Source: Trichoplax sp. H2
Lineage: Eukaryota
Assembly: GCA_003344405.1 (NCBI GenBank)
Contig: NOWV01000025.1
Location: 310,001-374,000, forward strand
Direction: 5' to 3'
DNA length: 64,000 nucleotides
Made by a program: the position numbers and the translations under genes. The notes below the pieces were generated by a model. That model did not search any database. It saw nothing but the letters and a program-made list of their open reading frames with translations, and had not been told where the DNA came from. Shown piece after piece: positions 37,051 through 51,159 of this stretch (position 1 is its first letter; each line of letters begins with the position of its first letter).

Positions 37051-40000
37051 CTTTAGCCAAATAAATTCATAAAATAGAACTGAAATAGATTCTATTCGCA
37101 GAGTTATTATTATCCTAACTAGGTAAAAATGGAAGCTGGTACAATGATATACTACGGTACTTGAGCAGTATAACGACAAAGTTATATCACACATAGCTGG
37201 ACATCCTTTCTTTCACCCTGATAATTCGTAAGTTAGAATTCTACTAGAGCATCTCACGCTTAATTAAGCATTGCAATATCCTAGGTCGTAAACGATAAGC
37301 AAAGTAGTTCAAAAATAAATTATGACGGATAAAATAAAAAGAACTATTATTGTTGTCACATCCACAGAGAAATTATTTTTATACTATAGGATAAGTTCAA
37401 ATGAGACGAATAGTTTCATACCTACATTATTTAATTAGCTAAATTAATGTAAGAGCGGGCTATATCTTCTGATTTACTTTATCATTGAGGTACCAAAAAT
37501 GTCTTGTTGATTGATAACAATTAAACTACACTATGCTGTTTATTTAATAATATCAAAATGTGATATTGAAGGCAAAGTTGGACTAGAATTTTACTGAAAC
37601 TAACAATTAAGTGTATTAGAAAAATATTGGAATAAATGTCAGTAATCAATTTTAACTTCCTTATTCAATATTCCAATGAAGTAGCGGGAATCAACTTGAA
37701 TTGATCGATTTATTAATGGATCAGAATACATAAGACTACTTGATTGATATGATAATTGCTGAATAATAGCGGATCAATAGAAAGCCTAGGATAGAAACAG
37801 TCAATTTTAATTGTTAATTTAAGACCGGAATAAAATAGAAGTAATTTCCTTGAAGTACGATTAAAGGATTGTAATAGATGGCGCTAGCCGGGTTGAGATT
37901 ACTGACTAAATGTCACAAACCAGCTTCGTGACAAGGATAACGTAAAACAAATCTCTATATTACTATAGTCTCCGGGATTCAGTATCCCTACTCACAAGAA
38001 TTTAGACGCCTTTGATTCTACGTTAAACTCAATTAGACAATTGAGAATTGCTTCATTCAACTATCTAACGGGCTTATATACCCTTCTACAGCAGCTAACA
38101 TTCACAAGTCATCTTATAAAAATACTTGGGTGAGAACATCTACTAACTAGTTTTTCACAGTCTGACTACAATATGTCCATTCACAGAATCATTTCAGTAC
38201 ACATTACAGCACAGCAATAAATTTACTGTAACACATTTATAATTAGAGTAATTCCTATTGTAAGGAACTAGATGTAATATATTATCACTATATTATATTA
38301 ACCAAATTTAGATAACCATTTCTTCACGGTAGTTCGTACCGTGACACTAAAGCATAGAAAAACAAATGGTAACAGCAAATTCAAGTTCATAACTATATGA
38401 CTAATATGGTTATCAGTAGTTTACTTGAGTTTATTAGAAAATGATCGAAGCTGACCGCAAGAATCAACTCTAGAATGATTAAAAAGAATTGGCATAGATA
38501 GCGATAAATAGCTCAATTCGATGTTTTATTGATCATAATACGTAGCAGCAATCAATTTATAGAAATACTCGAGTGAATAAAATTCATTTTAATATCTGTT
38601 CAGTTAATTAGGATTGGAATCGATATTAGTAATCCATACAACAAAGTTGATAATTATAGGATTAGCATAGATAGTAGCAAGCTACTCTGGTCCATTAGTA
38701 GAGAATCCAAATAGATAGTAATAATCAAATATAGGAGTGACTACAGAACCATAACTACGGGTAAGGTTGATGATCAATTTAAGGAATTAAAATGGATAAC
38801 AGTTATCCATCTATCGTAAATGCTACGATGGAAAATACTTTATTGTAACATCCTCTATATTCATTTTTAGCTGCGGTAATGATATCTATTAGCCATTTTA
38901 TATTTTTTCTTATTCAGTTTGTCCTTTTTGTCCATGCAACTCATTCCATAAAAGATTTTGTCTATCTTATTTATTAATGCCAACTATCAGGAATGTCTAA
39001 ACTTCGTTTTAGTAACATTCAATAATGATAACATTGTAATTATGAACGAAGTTACTAAAAATAATTCAAATAGAAAAACAGGATGATGATGCTGCATGAT
39101 AATACTTGCATTTTTAGGGTAGCGAATAATTGAAAATTATAACGGATTAACTGAATCCATTCTTTACGGTTTAAAAGAATTAAGTAATTTATAAACAGCA
39201 ACATATCTAATACGATATCGAAACTAAGTAAAGTCCACGAAAGGCAATTTATCTACATTCATTGTAAGTGTGTAATATCGGAATTAATGTAGTTTATGGG
39301 CATAATCAAAGATTAATTTCTGATTGATAAACATCGGATATCGAAGATGGTTGCCTAACTCTCTCAAATTACTCAGTATCTTCACATTAGTTCAATGTAG
39401 CTGATCCTATTTATTTCAGAATTAAACATTTACAAGGTTATGCGTTTTACTTGCTAGCACAATTTATCTAGTTTGACTACAAAATATTTTATTTCTTACT
39501 AAAGAATACCAAAATCAAAATTAACTAGTAAACATATATAAAATGGCTGGCATTCTTTTACTTAATGAAAGCCTTCTGCTATTCCATGATTATCGATAAT
39601 CTACAGTTTTGACAGTGATTTCTGCAGATAAACTCTACCGTAGAAGATAATTTAGAATGTTTTATTAAATGAACATTCCGTCCATAATCGGCTCATTCAG
39701 CCAAAGATTGACTTGAATCCATTAACAAAGTTGTAGAGGATAAAGAAATAAGGTTTGCTACTAAGATATTGAAATTCCAGCTCGATATTTGCATGAATTC
39801 TTACTATACCCGACATCCTATAATTTATCGGCTATAAAAATAATACGCATATAGTTATCATTTTTCTAGTATCTAGAAAATTATAATAATTAATATGTTC
39901 TCGAATTGATAGGCTACAAATATCAAAATTTAATTGATGCATCACTAATTAAATGAGTGATGGCAAGCTAACAAGATTATTAATTATTGCAGATCCAATT

Positions 40001-41072
40001 CTAAAATGAGCGTATGCATTCTAATATGAGAAAATATTTTAACAAATCTACTTAATGTCTTAAATACTTAGAGAGATAACATTACAGAATTTTAAACCTT
40101 AATTAGTTCAGAAATATTAACTGATAAATTATAAATCAAATGCAAATTTGAAGAGCATAAATCCTATGACAGGCTACAGTCATGCCTTAACAATACCTGA
40201 TCTTAATTAAAATAAATAGGCTATTAATGCTAGAAGTCATTACTACTCATCAATTTTGTACGTACGAAATTTAGAACGCTGACTATGGCCGGTGTTGCTG
40301 AATTCTGATAGAGATATAAGACGCGGCCGCGGATCAATTTGATTTCTAAATCGTCTAGACGGCTGATATATGAGTAATGATAGACAATAACAATAATAAG
40401 ATTACTTATTCATAAATATATCCGGTACTTAATGCGTTTATTTCTTCAATTCGAATTGAAATTTTGATGCAATGATTAAAAAAATACAATAATCTTATTC
40501 AAATACCAACAGATTCTACTTTTAACACTCAATTATATCTACTACAGTATATAGTCCATTAATTAGCCTATCAAAGTTTTGTTCATTTAGGCGTATATCG
40601 AAATAATGTTTGTAGGCGATGATAAAAATGTAATTAATGATCAATTTATAGCTTAGACTTTGTAACTGGTGATTAGTTATGATTGATATTAGGCTATGCC
40701 ATAGACTGTCAATAGTTATAGCAGATATACAAAATGTTTTGTTAGTAATAACGAAATGATGACTTGAAAAAATTTTATAATAACTCACAATTAGAATATC
40801 AAAATAATTATTGTTTGTAAAGATTTACTACCAGAGCATAATGGATAGACAAAGATGATTCAGTTGCAGATTAGCATCATCTAGTTCTATCTTGTAGCCA
40901 GCCATTAAACACGGATATTAGCTATCGCAAATTTATTCTTCAGCAAGCCAGAAGGCTTTTTGTCATAACTCAAATAATTAGCCAACAGTTGCTTGATAAA
41001 TAATTGACATAGTACTCCATCTTTACCTATTCTATAATTATCATCTATACTGCCAATTATATTTAATCTTAC

Positions 41073-44000
41073 CTTGGATAACAGAGCAATAGATGAAGAG
41101 TGTTTTGCTGTTAGGTACTTGTCCTTCATCCTTTTGTAACCCATTTTAACCTGAGTTAAAAATTGTAATAAAAATCTCTAAATACTACGCTGAGTTATAT
41201 TTTCTGGTTATTTTCTTTAGTTCTAGGGATTATCCTACTGCAGATCAGTATAACGTTTTTCCGGGTGTACATACTTCTGAGTTCATTAAGCAGTGGAAAA
41301 TGAATATAAAGCATCCCTGTATAATTATAGACATTATTACAGATTATGAGGACGTCCATATTATTATAACCTAATTGATTCTACTAGCGTGATTTATCTT
41401 TCTAGCACTAAGGTTATAGAAAAAGGTAATATTTAACTGTTTCTAAAACAAGACATTACCTGTGAAGAATTTAAGATAACAAAGATATAGCTAAATAGAA
41501 TAGAATATTTGTCCGTTGAAAATATTCCAAATATCCAAGTTAATCCTAAGATTGGAAATAGTATTGCAAAACCTTTGGTAGCTGTCCTATGAAGATAAAT
41601 TAAAGCGATTCAATTGGATACTAAACTTTATTCGCTGCAGTAAAATTAGTTTTATTTTTATTTTTATGATTTCTGTAAATTAAATATTAATTAAGTAAAT
41701 GATGTACATTATATACGCTGCTTTAAGATGAATCTTTGGCAATTATAGGTTAAATTTAGCTTGAATTTACATGAATAATATTACATAACACTCAACATAT
41801 GGAATACAGTATCAATGCTAATTAAATACTTTGCTAAATATAAATGTTCGTATTTATATCGTCTGGTTTATTCATAAAATTGCTTGCTGCTCATTAATAT
41901 TGTTAGTGTTTATTTGCATTAATTAGGATATGAGAATACTGCTAGAGAGTCCACTACTTCAGCTAATAATAGCATTTCATTTCCAAGGTTTGAGGATTAA
42001 TCACTAACTTTATTTGCCGCAATTTTTCAGATTCTTTATGATCGACCATATTTGAGCTAGCGGATTTTATAAGCGTAATTCTGATTACAATAAGCGCAAT
42101 TATCCCATTAATCTGCAAAAGAACAAATTTTACAAACTAGATTAGCATACTAATCTCTTTAATGGTTAAAAGTGAAAAGTCTTACGAACACTAAAGAAGC
42201 AATTTTACTTAGAATAATCCATTTGACATGGTTTTATAATTCTATTTTATCCTATTTACCGAGATAACGAGAATAAGTGGTCCAACAAACGCCCAAATAA
42301 GACCATTTGCAGTTGATAACCAGCAACTAATCAAGGGCGGAAAGCCGATCAATTAGTATATAAATTTAAATAAATATTAGACAAAGAGATAATTTGAACT
42401 TACGTGTTATTTACGCCATAATTATCGTAGCGGATAGCAGTGGCGACTCCCACAATTACAGCGGGGATGCCTAATATCATTAAGTTATTCAATTACCATT
42501 AATGCTATAAAGACAGAAATCTTTGCCCATGTCTTGGAGGCAATAGCCTTACTCAAATTGATAGCATACATACTACTATTGTATGTATTTATAATTAAAA
42601 CAGGGTCAAATAGCCAATAATTATACATATTTACCCCATCCAATTATATAATACATCCAAATTTTATCTTTCTGATGAAAGACAGCTACAATCTGCATAT
42701 AAAGATGTAGTCCTTCGGCTAGCATCCAGCAAAATGCAGCTAAAAAGAGATAATGCATGGAAATGGCAACTATTTTGCAAGCGATCTAGAACCAATAGTA
42801 TCATGATTAATTGTTTTATTAAGGGTTATAGTATAAATGGAATAAAGGCTTTGATTGAAGAGACTCATTTATTCAGACTCATTTTATTCAGGATATCAAA
42901 TTAGAACTTGATGTGTAATGCGACTATTAATTTATGTACCGCAATGGTTGTAAAATTTTCGCTGATTAATAATTCTGACTGAGCGAGCATTAAAGCAATA
43001 ATTAAATTGCTATGGATAATATATCGTCTTGATCGCAGTCTGATATAAAGATAAGTAAGGTTAGATTATAATTACTAGCGTGGGTTGTCCTAATTTTAAT
43101 TAATATGCATAAAGATAGAGATTACTTGAATTACCTAAGTATGTAAAATACCAAAAGTGTTACTAGCGAGGCTGACAAGGAAGTTCCAATTCCAATGTAG
43201 GAAATTAGTTTCAAGTTGTAGGTATGTGTAGCAGATACCTGAAAAGTTATAGTCCGTAGTGATGTTCAAAATGAGTTAATAACGCCATACAATGAGTATA
43301 TGCTATCGTTGCATATTACGAAAATTTATAGACAGCTCATCTCCCAAGTAACCTCCGCAATTTGATTTGCGGCAGAAGATATGATATACAGTAATCAAAT
43401 TTTATGTTGAATGTTAGTTAAAATAATCGATTTTCTGATTGTAAGCGGTATTTATGATTAAGCTAAAATATCATAGGCCCATACTAGTCTGTTTTACTAA
43501 TTACTGCTGCCAATAATAAAGGAGATCTTGGCTTGGGATACTGAATCACTTATAAAAATGCAGCGTTTATATTTTGTTAACCAAATGCAAGATACGATAT
43601 TCTCGCCATGTAACTCATGAACCATACAGTTTACGCTATTAATACGTCGATATAATTATTGCTATCGGCCTAGTGCATTTTAATATTACTTACAACTGAT
43701 TATAAGCTTACCGGTGTAGTAGAAATCCGAACCAAGATAGCAAAATGGGTTAAGTGATTGCATTGGCACTTTGTATGACTACTGTTGGTAGAAAGGACTT
43801 GACAGCCTTCATTAGACCAATATCCCGAATTTGAAGACTTCCTAATTATTAAATACTTGCTAGTATTAGCGTTAAATTGTGTCTTTTACGAAGAAACAAC
43901 AGTAAATCCATATTAAAATATGTGTAAAAGAGTTAATGTAAGTAGTCCAAAAATGAAACTACGAGTATATCAGCTTAGTTATCAAGACTATTCCACAAGA

Positions 44001-47000
44001 TGAATCTTTTGCCAAGCTTACTGGTTAGGAAGTAGCCAATAGGAACAGGAAATTTGTTGTTTGGAAAAGTTAGCCTAGACATAGGGATGTAAAATTAGCC
44101 ATCTAGAATTGAACCCAATGCGTATGCATTATATGATTTAGTTCCTAATCTATCTGTTAAGACGTGAGATGATCATGCCATATTGGTTTATTTGGAACAT
44201 ATTTCTAAAACAGATAATTTATGATGATTTCATCATGATATATGATACCATAATTAGCCTCACAAAGTTTGAGGCCATTAGCCTTATAGTCATATAATAT
44301 GATAATGTTATAGGGAAATCTGTTATGCTTAGGTTAGTAAACTTTGACTAATTGTAATCTAATTTCTATACACCAGCTCTACAATATCATATTTAAATCT
44401 CAATAAAATATTAATACTTAGCATTAAATTAATACTAAGGTTCCTTTAAAGTTTGGTGGCTAAAGTAAGTAAGTACCGAAGTAATAAATATTTAATCAAC
44501 TGTGATATTGATCTTTAGGTCGATAGGTCAAGTATCAAAATAGAATAAAATAACATATAGCACTAAAGCAAACGCGTAGCTTCTCGTGCAATTAAAGAAT
44601 AAATTTATGTCCCTAAAATACAATTCTAGGGCAATTGAATGCTGTAACTAATTTTTATATGGACTAAAATTGGAGGTCTTTTAGTCTACAAAATGAAGCT
44701 CTCAGACAGTTAATACAGTTGGTCCTACATGTAAATGCGACACGTAGAATGTAAACGGTTGATTATCCGATAGAGCCAATTTGGGATAAGCGCTGCATAT
44801 AATGATTGGTGAATTAAGAATCCAACGATCTGTTGAGCTGGAGGATGAATTATTTAGCCTTGAAAATAGTGGAGTAAAGGTGGATAAAAAAAATTAAATC
44901 TGGGTATATTAGCAAAAACGGAAATGAAAAAATATTATAATAAAAGTATTAAATATGGTTAAAGGTGCTGTATAGTTGGGTGAGTAGTTTCAAAAGAATT
45001 TAAAAAGTATTGATGCTTTGAAAGAAATTATTAAACGGTTCTTGCTTGCTGATTACCTTTTTTCCGTAAATTCATCACGATAGTTTAACAGTTTAGGAAA
45101 GGATCGAAAGATACCATAATTAATAGCAACCTTGGATGGCACTAAAGATGATATGATTAGGAAAGAAATTGATGCTGTTATAAACGAGAATCCTAGAGTA
45201 TCGAATATGTCGCTGAATAATTAAGCTATCAAATTTTAGTATTATATAAAAAATTAAATGGTTGAAGGATAGTACACTAATATTTATGGCTATGTGAATT
45301 ATGTTCATATACGCTTTGTCAAATTCTATTTCTAGGTAATTTTAAAAAAAATGAGAAGTTTAATTAATGGATTGTAACTGAAAACATTTAATTCGCAGTA
45401 GTCGGTAATAATAATACGCAATTAACTGAAGCTAACCTCTTAGAGATTTTGCAAGTTGCAACTTATTTCCAATGCGGTGCGAAGAACTTTGGCCCGCCGA
45501 ATGGAAATATTTGATATATCCGTGCGTTTCAAATTGATTTTGATTATAGATACGCAGATCTAATTCTACAATAATTTAGCCAAGTCATTTTTAGTAAGAA
45601 AAATTAGCAGAACTATTTCTTGATTCTTATAGCAAACACTTTTTATTAATTATTACAAATTTACCTGAATTAGCTGATTTTTGATAAAGTGCTCTGCCTG
45701 GATCCAGGGAAGAGGCCATCAGATCAACTATTCCATGACTAAGAGTAAATAATTGACTAGGGCTGCGTTTTTTCTAATTTGGATAAAATAATTTTAAAAT
45801 CACTTAATCTCTTTTTAATTGATTACGAATAGAATTTAATTTATCCGTATTACAAACAGCAAAGATAAAAAATTAGATGATTTATTTGCTGTCTAACATC
45901 TTGATAAATTTGTTGCCATATTTTCCGATATTTTGCGTCCATTAGCTGATCGAGAATATTAACGTTGTTCTACGGAAGAAATAAAAGTCGAATTCATCAG
46001 TACTTTGATTTAATCGGTACTTTAATTAATCTACAGCTAACGTTAGCTATTAAGTAAGTGCTTTTAACTCATAAATGTCTAATCTCTAATTTTACTATTT
46101 CCTTAGAATTATATTCAGTCCTGTTTATAGCGATCTTAGCCAATCTCAGTTCTATCTGTATATCGCATTTATATTTAATATTGATACTAATTTTTTTTTA
46201 AATGTAATAAAGTATTACCAAGTAAAATTGTGTCCTATTATCCCAGTTTGCTCGTTTCAGATCTTGACTATCAATAAAGGTTTGGATATCTTGCAAGATA
46301 TTGGTAGAGGAAATCACATCAGCTTTCGTTATTACCGATTTGAGTGAGAAATAGAGAGCTAAGTCGTCCATAATTTGAGTAGCTTCAGTAAAGGCGATCG
46401 GATGGTCTAGATTGTTCATCTATAAATCAATTTAACGACATTTCGTTATTAGTATATTAACTTGAGATGGTTTACTTATTACCCTAATGTCAGTTACGTA
46501 ATTCATTTTTCCTACCCGTTGCTGTATTTCTTGAATCGATTTTTGAACCACGGGTTTTTTTGTAATTAAATTTGCGGAACTGGTTGGCGCTTTAACGGTC
46601 GAATTGGCTGAGTTATTCACTAAATCATTCAAGTTTACCGTAACATAATGACAGGGTAGAAGTTATAAATTTTCAATATACGTAAGTAATTGGATAATTT
46701 ATTCATCTATTAGCATAAGAATATGGATGATACAAAAATAGATCTAGTTACATAGTATACGATAGCAATACGTAGTTTATCCTAAATTTGCCCAAGCGGT
46801 TTTGATTTTTTTAACACTATTTTGTAATGCATATAATATGTTGATTTGGTATCTTTCTCATTTAGGTTGGGATATGTATTCAATTTAATGCTGTAATCTG
46901 TAATGTCGTTCCAAGTGCAAGAATTTACTACTAGTATTTTTAGAAAGTGAATAATTAATTTTTCAAACAAGTATAAACTGGCCTATAGAAGAGATGGCAC

Positions 47001-50000
47001 TATAGTCGCCATGAATTAATCTACAATATTTTGGTATTTTATTTTTACATCGCAAGAGTAAAGATTATTGCTGAAAATGTATTCGTAGATACAAATAGCC
47101 ACAGCGCTTTAACATAGCTTTTCGTAACTAATGTTGGAAGATGCAACTGCATTGATGGTTTTAAAACTGTATGAAATAATGCCAATTTTTCAATCGAATC
47201 GCTGCACTTGATATAGACGTATGCAGCTAGAAGTATCTACAGGTTGCTAGGGTTTCATAACGTCCTAAGGGCTATTTCAGCCACAATTACACTCGGATAT
47301 TATTAGCTAGATCGATTTCCATCTCTGTAATGATTATCCTTCTTAATTGATAGCTTTAAAACTGTATAATATGTAGCCTGAAATATACCATAAGTTACTA
47401 GAGTTTCGTAATATCCTGTAATATGGATTATTTCACTCACATTTGCATCTCTAGAAATTGTCAGCTAGATCAATTTCCATCTCTGTAGTTATATCCTTCT
47501 TACCTAAAACCTGTGTAGTAGGCTTGATGGTTGTATATTGATTTTTAGTTGGCGTTGCTACATTGCAGATTTTAAAAATTCCAAATGAGTATGAAATTGA
47601 TCTCTTGTTGACTAATTCATTCTATTAATTCTTACGTTTTTCAGAACTGGGCTTCGAGGGCGTTGCATAAAAATTAGTAGCTCGGCTGCTACGAGGCGAT
47701 GGCCTAGAGATAACAATAAATTGCCTAGCAGTGGATCTCCGGAAATGGCTAGGTGTCATTGGCGTACGTGTTGTTGGTTTATTTGTAGGCTGGTTAGGAG
47801 GATATGATGTTGGTATTAATATTTTTGTTGTCGCAGCTGGAGTTCTGCTTGGTGTACGATCATGAGTAGGCCAATTTTGGGTTACCATTGGCGCTTGTGA
47901 TGGCGATTGCGTTGGAGCTCGTGGACTAGTTGTAGGACTATTTGTATTAGCTCCTGCAGTAGCTAGAGTATTGATAAAGATAAATTAAGTTTAATTTAGA
48001 AGAAATTAATTTTGCTATTACCGATTGCAATCGATAAGGGTGGACTACCTTGGGGACTTATACTTGTAGTCGATGAATTATGACTGCTCTCAGTATTGGC
48101 TTCCGACGGAGTAGTATTTGTTGTAGAAATCGATGAATTCCCATCGGTTTGTGTCGCCGTTTCAGTTCCCATCGAATTGGAAGAATCTGTAGGTGTTTTC
48201 GATGTAGACAAAGTCGAAGCTGAATTAGGAGAATCTGATATTGTTGGATTTGTGGTATGGACATTATTTTTAGTTTGACTTTCTTCTGTATTACTATCAG
48301 TTGATAGGCTTGAGCTAGCAGTGGATTGCGATGACGATTCTTGGACTGTTAAGCTCATAGTGATGGAAGAATCCGTCGTAGCAGATTCAGGACTAGGATT
48401 TTTTGAATAAGTCATTGCTTGAATGGAAGAAGCATCAGTGTTGGTAGAGCTTTCAGTGGTGGATTCCATCGGTGCCTGACTCGATGCTGCTTTAGCAGAA
48501 GTAGTTATTGCAGATTGTGTATTACTTATGGAGGTAGTTGTTCGACTAGTAGTAGATTCTGTATTGCCAGTACTATTAGGGGTGGTCGGTTCCGATTGTT
48601 CCGGATTACTGCTTGAACTAGTCGTTGATGTTTCATTTGTGGATGCAGATGGCATAGCTGTTTCCATAAAAGTAGCTACTGTATTAGATTGAGATGTACT
48701 CGATTCCGTAGACACTGCTTCTGTGTTAGTCAATATTGCAGAACCTTCTTCAGGAGTACTGGATGTTGAAGTATTTATAACAGTACTACTTGTCTCCACA
48801 GTAGTAGCTCGTGTAGTAGTGGAAATTGGAGTATTCGATTTTGTAGTTATTGACTCTGTATAAGTCAACGTTGCGGAATCTTCAGCAGGGTTTGATGTTA
48901 AGGCATTTGTAAATGCACTGCTTGCTTTTGTAGTAGTAGCTCCTGTAGCGCTTAAATTAAGATTACCAGTACTTGTTTCAGGTGCACTCGGTTCGCTAGT
49001 ATTTGCTCCTGTTGTGCTTAATTGTGTATTGGTTAACTCTGTGAAACTTTCTCCATGGCTGGTTGCTGCTAATGTATTCGTTGCCATACCACTTGAATCG
49101 GTAGTAGAGCTTTCAGTTGTACTCCCTTCTGTGAAGCTTTCTTGATTGGTGCTTGATATAATGGTATTGCTTTCTGTACTACTTGATTCTGTCGTAGTTG
49201 TTTCTGTTGTGCTTCCTTCCGTTGCACTTTCTCCATCAGTAGCTGATGTTAAGGTATTGGTTACTGCACTACTTGATCCCGTAGAAATTGTTTCAGCTAT
49301 ACCATTAGCTGTAGTTGTTTTCGTTGTACTCTCTCCATCAGTAGCTGATGCTAATGTATTCATTGCCCCACTACTTGATTCCGTAGAAATTGTTTCGGCT
49401 ATACCTTCCTTGGTAAAAGCTTCTTCATCAGTGCTAGATGATGAGGTACTCATTTCTGTATCGCTAGCTCCTGTTGTGGTTGCTTCCATCATCCCTTCTT
49501 CCATAGAATTTGCTCCATCAGTATTGGCTGTCGATATATTTATTTCTGTAGTTGTTTCCACCGCGTTTTCTTCCGTAGCACCTGCTTGAGTAGTCGGTGA
49601 TTCAGTAATACTTTCTTGCGTTGTGGTTGTGTGAGCGGCATTTGCTTCTGAAGTGGGAATATCTGTGCCTGCTTGATTTTCAGTAGTATAAATGTCTGTG
49701 GCAATGTTGATATTCGTGGTTGATTCTGGAGTTTCTTCAAATAAAGTTGGATTAGGCGTCGAATCTGTAGTAAAATTTTCTGTAGCAACAGTAGCTTGCG
49801 AATTTTCTGTGGGTGGCAATGAAGTTGCTTCTGATGTAGAACTAGCCAATTTCGATGTTGTAGTCTGGATAGTAGCTGTATTTGATTGGCTTTGAGCATG
49901 ATTATTATTATTGCTGTTTGTACTATCTTTATTAACTTGTGAATTCATAACCTTAGGATCAGTCGAGGCTAGCGTAGCTTGCTGTGTCTTTGTAACGAAT

Positions 50001-51159
50001 TCTGTAGTAGAACTAACTGTTGTTTCGCCGGTTACTGTTTCTAAATTGGAAAATTAAGCATAATTTATGATGAAACGAATGAGAAAGATGTATTAAACGA
50101 TAGAATAGCTTGCAGTAAAGATACGTAGTGTTAGCTAAGGTGCTATTTTAGCTACTTGATCTAAATCACTCATATGCCTCGTATATCGAATGGTGTATAG
50201 GATAGTGGTGTTGAAATTAGTTATAAGATGGGAATAATACACTGATTGCCAAACTTAAAACCAATTAAATATAATTTTATTACACGCATTTTAATTAAAG
50301 AAAGTATATAAGTGCAGGTTACATTACGATCAACGCAACAGATATAGTTGGTTAAATGGAGTTAAATTGAATATTTTGTTAGATCAGACAGCAGAATGGA
50401 ATTTAGCTTCTTCTAAAATTCGTAGTGACGATTGAAAGTTTATGATATTTTTATGCCTACTTACTTGTTGTAGGCTGATTGCTACTAATGGTCGCTGTTT
50501 TATTGGTAACTTCTATCCCCAAATTGAAGAAATATTGTAGTTAGTAACAAATGTACGATATTATGTTTACAGAGTAATAACAAGTAATACTAGGAAAATG
50601 GGAATGTTGCCATTCTTAGTTAGATTACGATCATATTTTATGGATTAGTAATTCTTACCAAATTCACAAATGCGACGTAGCCTATTCGAACATCTTCTCA
50701 TGTACCAGAATAATCTGCCTCGGTCGACAGTTACAGAAATGCAATCACGATCATTCTGCTGATTGTGATTTTCGCTGCGTCTTCTCGATCTGTGCGAATC
50801 CTTTCTTTTATTCCGATAGTTTTTCTGATGAAGAACTTGATTCAATACGGCCAGAGTATCTTGTAACTTGGTGCTATCCGTTATCCATAAATAATCCCGT
50901 AAGTTATTGCTGTTGCCATAATCTTTGGCTCCTATCCAGTAGCTTTGGCCGGAACGGAAGTTGATAACGGCTTGCTCAACTTGCTTTGATCGTATTTTAG
51001 CTAATTCCACATTTTTACCTATCCTTTGACTTCCCTGATTCTGGCATTGAGATACTGCTTCGTTAAAGCTGAATTCTCGACTGGAAAATTGATAGCAGTA
51101 GTTGCCTACTGCAACTGCATTTTGAATTAGACAAGTTCCAGTATCTGTTCTATCACCTT
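41073..51159 (-). CDS. Adhesion GPCR: C-type lectin domain, mucin-like S/T stalk, GAIN/GPS, 7TM (signal-peptide exons near 51.5-52.1 kb and C-tail exons toward ~39.7-40.4 kb unresolved)
   Basis: CTLD exon 50659-51159 (YCYQF..SFNEAVSQC..LAKI..YWIGAKD..YLW..C..C..ICE). 2019-nt S/T exon 48022-50040. GPS: ISCSYW...YWSNEGCQVLSTNSSHTKCQCNHL|THFAILV (43712-43841). TM motifs: ISYIGIGTSL, IIHSNLIIAL, CKIVAISMHYLFLAAFCWMLAEGLHLY, YYIIGWGIPAVIV, CWLSTANGLIWAFVGP, LFPILGLTWIFG, SYIFVILNSSQGCFIFIFHCLMNSEV. Confidence 0.95.

Noticed and set aside
48058..49899. Val/Ser-rich plus-strand ORFs and alternate-frame minus-strand ORFs
   Set aside because: These are shadows of the Thr/Ser-rich mucin exon.
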